Positions 1 to 8,489 of a DNA stretch of 64,000 nt are shown here, piece after piece. Source of the DNA: Polyangiales bacterium. GTDB taxonomy: Bacteria > Myxococcota_A > Polyangia > Polyangiales > Polyangiaceae. The stretch lies in assembly GCA_038230375.1 (NCBI GenBank), contig JBBRNJ010000002.1, positions 96,001 through 160,000 of the forward strand, given 5' to 3'. The first letter of the stretch is position 1; the number at the start of each line of letters is the position of its first letter. Position numbers and translations under genes: made by a program. The notes below the pieces were generated by a model that was not told where the DNA came from, did not search any database, and saw only the letters and a program-made list of their open reading frames with translations.

Positions 1-1300
1 GACTGCGCGCGCCGCGGGGGCAAAGGTGGCCATCGTGAGCGATCTCACGCTGGAGGTGCAGCTCTTGAAGCTCGAGACCTTCGGAGTGCTGCCGTTGATC
101 GATGCGCTCGTCACGAGCGAGGAGGTGCCGCTCGACAAGCCGGCCTCCGCGATCTTCGAGCTTGGCATGGCGCGACTCGGCGCGGCCGTTGACGCGTGCG
201 TCATGGTCGGCGATCACGACGACAAGGACGGGGAGGGGGCGCGCCGCCTTGGGATCCCGTATTTCAAGATCGCGAAGGACGACGTCCTTGGCGACGGCTT
301 CGATGTGCTCGCGAAGGAGCTCGGCCTCCGCGCGGGCGCGCCGGACCCCGTCACGAACCAGCTCCATGAGCTCGGAACCGCGCTCGGCGCTCCGAGCTGG
401 GTCCAGGGCCCGGGCGGCAACATCTCCATCAAGGCCGATGGCGTGCTCTGGGTGAAGGCGAGCGGCAAGCGGCTCGCGGATGTCGCCGCCGCGGACGGAC
501 ACGCGCGCGTCGATCTCGGGGACGCGACCAGGGCGCTTGCGGGAGATGCAGGGGCCGACGTCCGCGTCTTCGCTGGGGTGCCGCGTCCGTCGCTGGAGAC
601 GTATTTCCACGCGCTGGGTCCGGCGGTGGTTGCGCACACACATGCGGTGTCGGTCCTGCTGGCGGCCTGCGCGACCACGGTTCCAGAGGAGCTCGGCCTC
701 ACCGTGGTCCCGTACGAGCGGCCCGGCAAGGGGCTCGCGCTCGCGGTCGCGCGCGTTCGCCTGGGAGAGGCCGACTCACAGGCCGTGCTCCTCGCTTCGC
801 ACGGCTTGCTCGTGTACGCGGCAGACACCGCCGAGGCGATCGCGCGAAGCAACCAGATCGCCGCGCGTTGCTGCGAGATCTTCCACGTCTCGCTGGCCAC
901 CTTCGACGCGCAGCTCGCGAGCTACCTGAGCGCGGAGCCAGTTGCGGTCCTGGGCGGCTTTGCGCAGGCGCTCCCTCCGCGTGCGCACGGCGATCGCTAT
1001 CTCTTCCCCGACGCGGTCGTCTACGCCAGCATCGCGCGCGTCACGAGCAGCGCCATCGACCGCTTGCCGGCCTCGCTCGCCGCCCTCGGCCGTGCGGTCG
1101 TCGCGGTCGACGGCGACCACCAGCGTGTCGCGTTCGCTCACACGCGCGTATCCCTGCAAGCGTGCGTCGAGGTCCTCGCGGCGCACGACTGGGTGGAGGA
1201 CATCCTCGTCTCGCGCGGAATCGCGAGCTACCTCGACCAGGACGAGCCCGCCAAGATCCTCGATCTACCCTCCGAAAAGTACCGGATGCAGCTCTCCTGA
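1..1300 (+). CDS. HAD-family hydrolase fused to class II aldolase/adducin domain (5' truncated by window edge)
   Basis: Frame open from base 2. HAD C-terminal motifs (IVSD, DALVTSEEVPLDKP, VMVGD..DKDGEGA), then aldolase II motifs (VQGPGGNISIK..VKASG, RPSLETYFHA, VAHTH, LLASHGL). Confidence 0.85.
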   Translation, partial: TARAAGAKVAIVSDLTLEVQLLKLETFGVLPLIDALVTSEEVPLDKPASAIFELGMARLGAAVDACVMVGDHDDKDGEGARRLGIPYFKIAKDDVLGDGFDVLAKELGLRAGAPDPVTNQLHELGTALGAPSWVQGPGGNISIKADGVLWVKASGKRLADVAAADGHARVDLGDATRALAGDAGADVRVFAGVPRPSLETYFHALGPAVVAHTHAVSVLLAACATTVPEELGLTVVPYERPGKGLALAVARVRLGEADSQAVLLASHGLLVYAADTAEAIARSNQIAARCCEIFHVSLATFDAQLASYLSAEPVAVLGGFAQALPPRAHGDRYLFPDAVVYASIARVTSSAIDRLPASLAALGRAVVAVDGDHQRVAFAHTRVSLQACVEVLAAHDWVEDILVSRGIASYLDQDEPAKILDLPSEKYRMQLS

Positions 1301-1315
1301 AAAGACGGACCCACG

Positions 1316-2896
1316 ATGCTCATCTTCATTCCCATGGCAGGCTTCGGCGATCGCTACCTGCGCGCTGGCTACCGCGAACCGAAGCCGCTCATCCCCGTGG
1401 ACGGCGTTCCCATGATCGAGCGCGTCGTCGATAGCTTTCGCTCGCCCGGCGCACCGGCCCCGAAGTTTCTCTTCACGATCAATCGCCAGCACTCCGAGCT
1501 GCCAGCAGTGCGCGCAACGCTCGAGCGCATCGCGCCGGGCTCGCCGGTCATCGTCATCGAGCCGCACAAGGACGGGCCGGTCCGCACCCTGATCGACTGC
1601 GAAGCGCACCTCCCCGACAACGAGGACATTCTCCTCAACTACTGCGACTTCGGAGTCGACTGGTCCTTCGCGGAGTTCCAGGCGTGGATCGCGCAGCACG
1701 GCTGGGACGGCGCGATGACCGCGTACAAGGGCTTCCACCCGCATTCGCTCGGCCCCACGCTCTACGCTTACATGCGCAACGACGGTGAGCGCGTCACCGA
1801 GATCCGCGAGAAGCACCACTTCACGAAGAACAAGTTCGACGAGTTCGCGTCGAGCGGCCTCTACTATTTCAAGAGCGGCGCGGCGATGAAGCGCATCGCC
1901 CACGAGCTCGTGAAGCGAGGCGACCGCGTCAACGGCGAGTTCTACGTGAGCATGATGATGCAGATGCTCATCGAGGAGGGCGGCAACGTCGGCGTCCACG
2001 CGCTCACGCATTTTTACCAGTGGGGGACGCCCGAGGATCTCCGCGACTTCGAGTCGTGGCTCGTCGCGATGCGGCGGTTCCCCACGTTCGCCGCCGAGGC
2101 TGCGGAGTCGGCCTCCCGCGCGGTGCAGGTGATCCCGATGGCGGGCCGTGGCCAGCGCTTCGTTGACCAGGGCTATGCGGAGCCAAAGCCGTTCATCGCG
2201 GTGGGCGGCGCGCCGATGATCGCGCGCGCGCTCGAGTGTCTCCCGAAGCCCGCGGGCGGCTGCCGGAACCTGATCGTGCAGCGTGAGCACTCGGAGAGCC
2301 CCCGCTTCCAGGGCATTGCCGAGTCGCTGGGCAGCCGCGTCATCACCGTGGATGCGGTGACGCAGGGCCAGGCGTGCACGGCGCTGATCGGGCTCGACGG
2401 CGTGAGCGACGACGCGCCGGTCCTCTTCGCCCCGTGTGACGCGGGCTACACGTACGACCCAGTCACGCGCCGCCAGCTCGAGGATCTTGGCGACTACGAT
2501 GCGATCGTCTGGACCGCACGCGGACACCTCCCCGCGATCTGGCGTCCGCAGATGTACGGCTGGGTCGCGGTCAAGGACAAGCGCGTGCTTCGTGCGGCTG
2601 TGAAGCAGGTGGTCGCTGACGCCGAACCTTCCGCGCAAGAGGTGATGACCGGAACGTTCTGGTTCCGCGATGCTGCAACGTTCCGTCGCGAGGAGGCGGC
2701 GATGGAGAAGGACGACGACCGCGTGAACGGCGAGTTCTACATCGACACCATCATCAAGCGGATGGTGGCGAAGGGCGCAAAGGTCGCTGCGTTCACGGTC
2801 GACAAGTACATCCCGTGGGGCACGCCCGAGGAGCTCCGCACGTTCGACTACTACGCCAAGGTCACACGCCTCTTCGCGAAGGGAGTGAAGCTGTGA
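1316..2896 (+). CDS. Sugar-phosphate nucleotidyltransferase with two tandem NTP_transferase domains
   Basis: IPMAGFGDRY..PKPLI and IPMAGRGQRF..PKPFI; both halves end in DRVNGEFY...WGTPE(D/E)L. Confidence 0.88.
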   Translation: MLIFIPMAGFGDRYLRAGYREPKPLIPVDGVPMIERVVDSFRSPGAPAPKFLFTINRQHSELPAVRATLERIAPGSPVIVIEPHKDGPVRTLIDCEAHLPDNEDILLNYCDFGVDWSFAEFQAWIAQHGWDGAMTAYKGFHPHSLGPTLYAYMRNDGERVTEIREKHHFTKNKFDEFASSGLYYFKSGAAMKRIAHELVKRGDRVNGEFYVSMMMQMLIEEGGNVGVHALTHFYQWGTPEDLRDFESWLVAMRRFPTFAAEAAESASRAVQVIPMAGRGQRFVDQGYAEPKPFIAVGGAPMIARALECLPKPAGGCRNLIVQREHSESPRFQGIAESLGSRVITVDAVTQGQACTALIGLDGVSDDAPVLFAPCDAGYTYDPVTRRQLEDLGDYDAIVWTARGHLPAIWRPQMYGWVAVKDKRVLRAAVKQVVADAEPSAQEVMTGTFWFRDAATFRREEAAMEKDDDRVNGEFYIDTIIKRMVAKGAKVAAFTVDKYIPWGTPEELRTFDYYAKVTRLFAKGVKL

Positions 2897-3615
2897 AATC
2901 GATCGTGGTGCCTTGCTACAACGAGGCTGCGAACCTGCCGTCGCTGATCTCGCGATTCACGGAGATCCATACGCCGGAGAGCGACTGGGAGCTGATCCTG
3001 GTCGACAACGGGAGCAAGGACGACACCGCGGCCGTGCTCGAGCGCGAGCTCCGCGATGCCACGCGTTCGTTCATCCGCGTCGTCACTGTCCCATCGCCGA
3101 ACGTCGGCTACGGACACGGGATCATGAGCGGGCTGCGCGCCGCGAAGGGCGACGTGCTCGCATGGACCCACGCGGATGGCCAGACGCCGCCGCGCGACGT
3201 CCTCCGCGCGTTCGACGTGCTTGCGGGGAGCGCGAATCCCGAGCGGACGTTCGTGAAGGGCCGCCGCAGGAACCGACCCGTGAAGGACGTGCTCTTCACC
3301 GCGGGCATGCAGGCCTTCGCGACCGCGATCCTCTGGGAGTCGCTCGCGGACATCAACGGCCAGCCGAAGGTCTTCCCGCGGGCGCTGCTCGATCTCGCCG
3401 TGGCCGCACCGATCGATCTGTCGCTCGATCTCTACTTCTTCTACCTCGCGCGCACCGAGCGCTTCGACGTACAGTCCATCGACGTGCACTTCGGCGATCG
3501 CGAGCACGGTGAGTCGAAGTGGGCATTCAACTGGCGGTCGAAGGCGCGCAACATCGCCCGCTCCGTCAAGTTCATGAGCGCGCTCCGGCGGGGCGGGGAC
3601 TACCCACGCGCCTGA
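2893..3615 (+). CDS. GT2 glycosyltransferase (polyprenol-phosphate/DPM1-like)
   Basis: GTG overlapping upstream TGA (GTGA); SIVVPCYNEAANL, LVDNGSKD, NVGYGHGI, HADGQ, R.HGESKW. Confidence 0.9.
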   Translation: MKSIVVPCYNEAANLPSLISRFTEIHTPESDWELILVDNGSKDDTAAVLERELRDATRSFIRVVTVPSPNVGYGHGIMSGLRAAKGDVLAWTHADGQTPPRDVLRAFDVLAGSANPERTFVKGRRRNRPVKDVLFTAGMQAFATAILWESLADINGQPKVFPRALLDLAVAAPIDLSLDLYFFYLARTERFDVQSIDVHFGDREHGESKWAFNWRSKARNIARSVKFMSALRRGGDYPRA

Positions 3616-3643
3616 GAAGGCGAGTCCGTGGTAGACGAATGGC

Positions 3644-5242
3644 GTGAACAGCCGCGCGCTCAGGGCGCTTGACCCCATCCTCGGCACGCTCGGCGTGATG
3701 ATGGGGCTCCCGTCTCTCCTGTACCCGTTCGGTCGAGACCAGGGTCTCTACTACTACGTGGGGCGCGAGTGGGTCTTGCGCGGGTCAATCCCGTACCGCG
3801 ACGTTCTCGATCACAAGACGCCGGGCGTCTACTACCTCCACGCCCTGAGCGTCTTCCTCTTCGGCGAGCAGATGTGGGGTATCCGGGTGTTCGAGCTCTT
3901 CTGCATCGTCGCCCTCGGAGTCCTCGCCGGAACGCTCACGGCGCGGCGCGGGGAGTCCGTTCGTGCAGGTGTGCGCGGGGCGGCAGTGCTGGCGGCAAGC
4001 GTCGTCTACTTCGGATACTTCGACTTCTGGAACACCGCGCAGAGCGAGCTCTGGTACGGCACGTTCGGTGTCGCCAGCATCTGGGCCGCCGTCCGGCTGA
4101 AGTCCGATTCGCGCGCGGCGCTCGCGGCGGGAGCGTTCGCAGGCGCGGCAGTGATCTTCAAGCCACCGGCGATCTGGCTGGTGCTGGTCGCACTGAGCTT
4201 GCTCGTCGGCCGTTCACCGGCTCCGGGCGCGCCGCTCATTGCTCGCGTGAAGGCGGCTCTTCCACCGGTGCTCCGGTTCGGTCTGACGTCGGCGCTCGTG
4301 CCCGCGCTGACGTTCGCGTACTTCGGCGCGAAGGGCGCGCTGCCCGCGATGTTCGACATCGTCGTTGGTGCCAACGCCTACTACGTGAAGCACGAACAAG
4401 GCGACTCGCCATGGGGAGGCCTCTTCATTTATCACTGGTGCTTCTTCCCGCTGGTGCCGGTCCTGCTGCTCTGCCTCGTCGTCGTGCTCGTCCGGTCGCG
4501 CCGCTCCGGCGACCGCGAGACGTTCTCCCGCTATGGGCTCGCCGCGGCCGTGACCGCTGCGGGGTACGCGGCGGTCGTGATGCAAGGGAAGTACTACCTG
4601 CTCCACTGGGGCATCATGGTCCCGGCGTGGACGATGGTCAGCGCGAACGCCGCACGAAGCTGGTCGGAGCTGCTCTCGAAGCGCGGTCGCGCGTGGGCGT
4701 TCGCGCCGACCTTCACGATGCAGCTCCTCGGGCTCTGGTATCTGGCGATGATCTCCTGCGAAGGTCCGAACATGTGGCGGCTCGGCGTGGTCCACAGCTA
4801 TCGCTGGAAGACAGGGCAGGAGAGCCGCGAGCTCTTCATCGACCACTTCCAGTGGCCAGGCCTTGGCTTCCACTACAGGAACAGCGAGCGCGCAGGAGAC
4901 TGGCTTCGCGAGCACACGACGCCGGATGAAACGATCGCCGTCCGAGGCTTCCAGCCGGAGGTCTATGCCGTCGCCCGTCGCCACCATCGTGGCCGCTTCT
5001 TCTGGACGACGTTCCTCTCCAACCCCGCAAGGGCATATCGCCGCGAGGAGTGGCTGAAGGAGGACCTGGACGCGATCGCGGCGCACCCGCCGAAGTACGT
5101 CGTGGCGCTCACGGGGATCCACGGCGGCCCGGACTCGGCCGAGTACTTCGAGCCTCTTGGCTGGAAGACCACAATCGTCATCGACGAGTTCACGATCATG
5201 GAGCACCCTCCGCTTCAGCTTGCAAAACCTGTCGCTCCGTGA
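3644..5242 (+). CDS. ArnT/GT39-like (GT-C fold) integral membrane glycosyltransferase
   Basis: GRDQGLYYYVG, PYRDVLDHKTPG, multiple TM segments, C-terminal extracytoplasmic domain. Confidence 0.8.
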   Translation: MNSRALRALDPILGTLGVMMGLPSLLYPFGRDQGLYYYVGREWVLRGSIPYRDVLDHKTPGVYYLHALSVFLFGEQMWGIRVFELFCIVALGVLAGTLTARRGESVRAGVRGAAVLAASVVYFGYFDFWNTAQSELWYGTFGVASIWAAVRLKSDSRAALAAGAFAGAAVIFKPPAIWLVLVALSLLVGRSPAPGAPLIARVKAALPPVLRFGLTSALVPALTFAYFGAKGALPAMFDIVVGANAYYVKHEQGDSPWGGLFIYHWCFFPLVPVLLLCLVVVLVRSRRSGDRETFSRYGLAAAVTAAGYAAVVMQGKYYLLHWGIMVPAWTMVSANAARSWSELLSKRGRAWAFAPTFTMQLLGLWYLAMISCEGPNMWRLGVVHSYRWKTGQESRELFIDHFQWPGLGFHYRNSERAGDWLREHTTPDETIAVRGFQPEVYAVARRHHRGRFFWTTFLSNPARAYRREEWLKEDLDAIAAHPPKYVVALTGIHGGPDSAEYFEPLGWKTTIVIDEFTIMEHPPLQLAKPVAP

Positions 5243-5254
5243 AACAGGGACAGG

Positions 5255-7384
5255 ATGAGGCCTGCTTCCTCACGGCGTTCTGCGGCGCTCGTATGCGTGC
5301 TCGGGATCGTCGCGTGCACGACCAGCCACGGAGGCAGTGACGCGAGCGAGGCCGTCGAGAACGCCGGAGCAGGCAGCATCCCAGGCCCGCTCGGAGACAT
5401 CGACGGCGTCCCCACGAGCCCGACGTGTGTCCTTCCCGACGCGCCGCCGAATCCCGTGAAGTCGGTCCGCGTGGCGAGCGCGCTCACCTTCACGCGTCCA
5501 ACGAGCCTGGCGATCGCCGCGGGCGGCCGCACGTTCGTCGTGGAGCAGCAGGGTCGCATCAAGACGTTCGTCGGTGATGGCGCGACCACCGCCACGACCA
5601 CCCTGGACATTTCCTCGCGCGTCAAAGCAGACGACATCGAGCCTGGCCTTCTGGGCATCGCGCTGTCTCCGAAGTTCGCGACAACGGGCGAGCTCTTCTA
5701 CACGTTCATCACGAACGAGAGCGGCAACGAGTCGTGGGCACTCGAGCGCGTGAAGACGGATGGCGCGATCGCAGACCCGAGCACCATCGAGCGCGTCCTC
5801 ACCATTCCCGACTACCACGGTCACCTCTATGGTGCGTGGGTCGCATTCGGCGCCGACGGGATGCTGTATGCGTCCGCCGGTGAGGGCGACGAATCCGAGC
5901 AGAGCTTCCGTGCGCAGAACAAGGGCGACCTCCACGGCAAGCTGCTCCGCATCGACGTGCTGGGTCCGCGACCCTACACAGTGCCCGCCGACAACCCGTT
6001 CGTCGGCGTCGCCGGGGTTCGGCCCGAGCTCTGGGCGTACGGGTTTCGCAATCCGTGGAAGTTCGGCTTCGACTCGAAGGATGGCACGCTGTTCGTCTCC
6101 GACGTTGGCGCATACGCGCGCGAGGAGGTGAACGTCATCGTGAAGGGCAAGAACTACGGCTGGAACGTGATGGAGGGAACCACGTGCTTCAACGCGGACA
6201 CATGCGATGCGTCGCAGATTGTCCCGCCTGCGTTCGAGTACCAGCACAACGAGTCCCTCGCGGTCGTCGCAGGCGTGGTGTACCGCGGCTCCAAGATCCC
6301 CTCGCTGCAGGGCGCGTTCATCCACGCCGACTGGGCGATGAACTGGATTCGTGCGCTCGACCGACAGCCGGACGGAACGTGGAAGACGCGCTTCCTCGAC
6401 TGGGGCCGCTGGACGTCGGGCTTCGCCGAGGACCCCGTGTCGCGCGAGCTGTCGCTCGTGGATTTTGTCGACGGTGGCGTGTACCGGCTCGAGCCGAACA
6501 CGGTGACGCCAATGCCGGCCACGCTCAGCGCCACGGGCTGCGGCGACGCGACGGACCTCTCGAAGGCAGCGAAGGGCTTTCTTGCGTACGACGTGAACAT
6601 GCCCCTCTGGTCCGATGGCGCGGACAAGCGGCGCTACTTCGCGCTGCCGGTGGGCGGACAGATCACCGTTCGCGAGCACGGGGCCTTTGACCTGCCTCCC
6701 GGGAGCGTCGCATTCAAGAGCTTCTCGCTCGCAGGCAAGCCGATCGAGGTGCGCCTGCTCGTGCACCACAAGAGCGGCGAGTGGGCCGGCTACAGCTACA
6801 TGGTCCGCGACGACGGTAGCGATGCCGATCTCGTGTCGGAGACGACGGACAAGCAGATCGGCAAACAGACCTGGACGTATCCAGGACGATCGCAGTGCTT
6901 CGGTTGTCACAATGACTACGCGCACCGGACGCTGGGGCTGGAGACCGCGCAGCTCAATATCGGTTCGCCGAACCAGCTCGACGTGCTGTCGCGCGCGAAC
7001 GCGTTCAATCCAGCCCTCGCGCCCGCGAGCGCACTGCCTCGCCTCCCGAAGCGCGAAGATCCGGATAGCGACGAATGGACGCGTGCGTACCTGCACGCCA
7101 ACTGCGGTGTGTGCCATCGCTCGCCCGGCATCCTCATCTCCGGGATGGACATGCGCTACTGGACTTCGTTTGCGGACATGCGCGTCTGCAGGCCGCCGCT
7201 CGCGAGCCGCTACGGCGCAAAGGGCGACGTCTTCCAGCCGGGAGATCCCGACGACAGCGTGCTCCTGACGCGCGTCTCCCGTCGCGGCTCGGGTCAGATG
7301 CCGCCGCTCGCCTCGCACTCCGCGGACACGTTGGCGGTGAATCGCATCCACGACTGGATCGCACGCACGAAGACGTGCCCCTGA
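5255..7384 (+). CDS. Lipoprotein: PQQ-dependent glucose/sorbosone-type dehydrogenase plus C-terminal diheme cytochrome c domain
   Basis: Lipobox IVAC; GKLLRIDV, DNPFVG, ELWAYGFRNPWKF, NYGW; PLWSDGADKRR; CFGCH and CGVCH heme motifs; MPP ligand. Confidence 0.85.
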   Translation: MRPASSRRSAALVCVLGIVACTTSHGGSDASEAVENAGAGSIPGPLGDIDGVPTSPTCVLPDAPPNPVKSVRVASALTFTRPTSLAIAAGGRTFVVEQQGRIKTFVGDGATTATTTLDISSRVKADDIEPGLLGIALSPKFATTGELFYTFITNESGNESWALERVKTDGAIADPSTIERVLTIPDYHGHLYGAWVAFGADGMLYASAGEGDESEQSFRAQNKGDLHGKLLRIDVLGPRPYTVPADNPFVGVAGVRPELWAYGFRNPWKFGFDSKDGTLFVSDVGAYAREEVNVIVKGKNYGWNVMEGTTCFNADTCDASQIVPPAFEYQHNESLAVVAGVVYRGSKIPSLQGAFIHADWAMNWIRALDRQPDGTWKTRFLDWGRWTSGFAEDPVSRELSLVDFVDGGVYRLEPNTVTPMPATLSATGCGDATDLSKAAKGFLAYDVNMPLWSDGADKRRYFALPVGGQITVREHGAFDLPPGSVAFKSFSLAGKPIEVRLLVHHKSGEWAGYSYMVRDDGSDADLVSETTDKQIGKQTWTYPGRSQCFGCHNDYAHRTLGLETAQLNIGSPNQLDVLSRANAFNPALAPASALPRLPKREDPDSDEWTRAYLHANCGVCHRSPGILISGMDMRYWTSFADMRVCRPPLASRYGAKGDVFQPGDPDDSVLLTRVSRRGSGQMPPLASHSADTLAVNRIHDWIARTKTCP

Positions 7385-7401
7385 CGCGTGCAGGATGAGG
7401 G

Positions 7402-8403
7402 CTACTCCGGCTTCAGTTCGGGCGACGACGAGAGCGAGAACAGTCCCCACATCACGATGGGCGGAAGCACGGACGCGGCGCGGTCCACCACCACGGCCAC
7501 GGCTGCCGTTGACGGATCTGCGCCGCCCAGCGCCACGAGCATCGACGTGGCGGTGACGCCCACGGCGCCCTCCGAGAAGGGAAGGATCGACAGCACGCCT
7601 GCGACGATCGAGGCTGGATACACCAGGAAGACCACACGCAGATCCACCGGCGCGCCGATGCACCACAGCACCAGCGCGAGCTTCGCGAACTCGACGGACC
7701 AGATCAGAATGGAAGCCGCAAGCCAGCGCGCCATCTGCGACGGTGAGCCAAGGACGATGTCCCATGCGCCGAAGAGCTCATGCGTCTTGGTGTCCACCAG
7801 CTCTGCCGCCTTCTTCATGCGGATGCGCGTGAGCAGACGTACCATGATGCGGGTCGCGGCCTCGCGCAGGCTCTTGCGGCCGAGCACGATCACCGCGGCA
7901 AACAGGCCGAGCAGCGCGATGACCGAAGCGACCTTGAGCGACGCAACGCCGGAGCGCGACAGGAGGAAGGTCGCGCCCAGCAAGGTGAGCAGCACGCTGA
8001 TGAGATCGAGCACCCGCTCCACGATCACGATGCCCGCGCTGTACGTCACCGGTACGCCGAAGCGCGCTGTCATCTTTGGTTTGACGAAGTCTCCAACGCG
8101 ACCTGGCGTTGCAGCGGACGCAGAGAGCCCAGCCAGGAAGACGCGGATGCCGTCGCGCATGCGGTAGTTCTTCGGCGACGCGTGCGAGAGGAGCGCGTGA
8201 TAGCGGAGCGCGCGTCCGAAGATGTGCGCGAGCGAGACCACCAGGATCGCGCCCACGTGCCACACGCGCAGGGCCGAGAGCGCCTGGCGCAGCGCCGCCA
8301 TGTCCAGCGCGCGAAAGGCAAGGACGGCAACGGCACCATAGACGACGATCGCGAGGCCGATGCGCAGCGCGCTTCGCTTCTTCGGGGTCGCCTTCGGCGT
8401 CAT
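7402..8403 (-). CDS. Lysylphosphatidylglycerol synthase-like / flippase-like membrane protein (UPF0104)
   Basis: ATG at 8403; RALRYHALL, TPGRVGDFVK, IVIERVLD, GVLSILPFSEG, multi-TM. Confidence 0.85.
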   Translation of the reverse strand: MTPKATPKKRSALRIGLAIVVYGAVAVLAFRALDMAALRQALSALRVWHVGAILVVSLAHIFGRALRYHALLSHASPKNYRMRDGIRVFLAGLSASAATPGRVGDFVKPKMTARFGVPVTYSAGIVIVERVLDLISVLLTLLGATFLLSRSGVASLKVASVIALLGLFAAVIVLGRKSLREAATRIMVRLLTRIRMKKAAELVDTKTHELFGAWDIVLGSPSQMARWLAASILIWSVEFAKLALVLWCIGAPVDLRVVFLVYPASIVAGVLSILPFSEGAVGVTATSMLVALGGADPSTAAVAVVVDRAASVLPPIVMWGLFSLSSSPELKPE

Positions 8404-8489
8404 CGTGCGAGTGGTTAGCACGGGCGATGCGGCAAGGCTCCAATTGAGGCAAAAACACGCGCGAATTGCTTGGAATGGCCGATGTGAGC

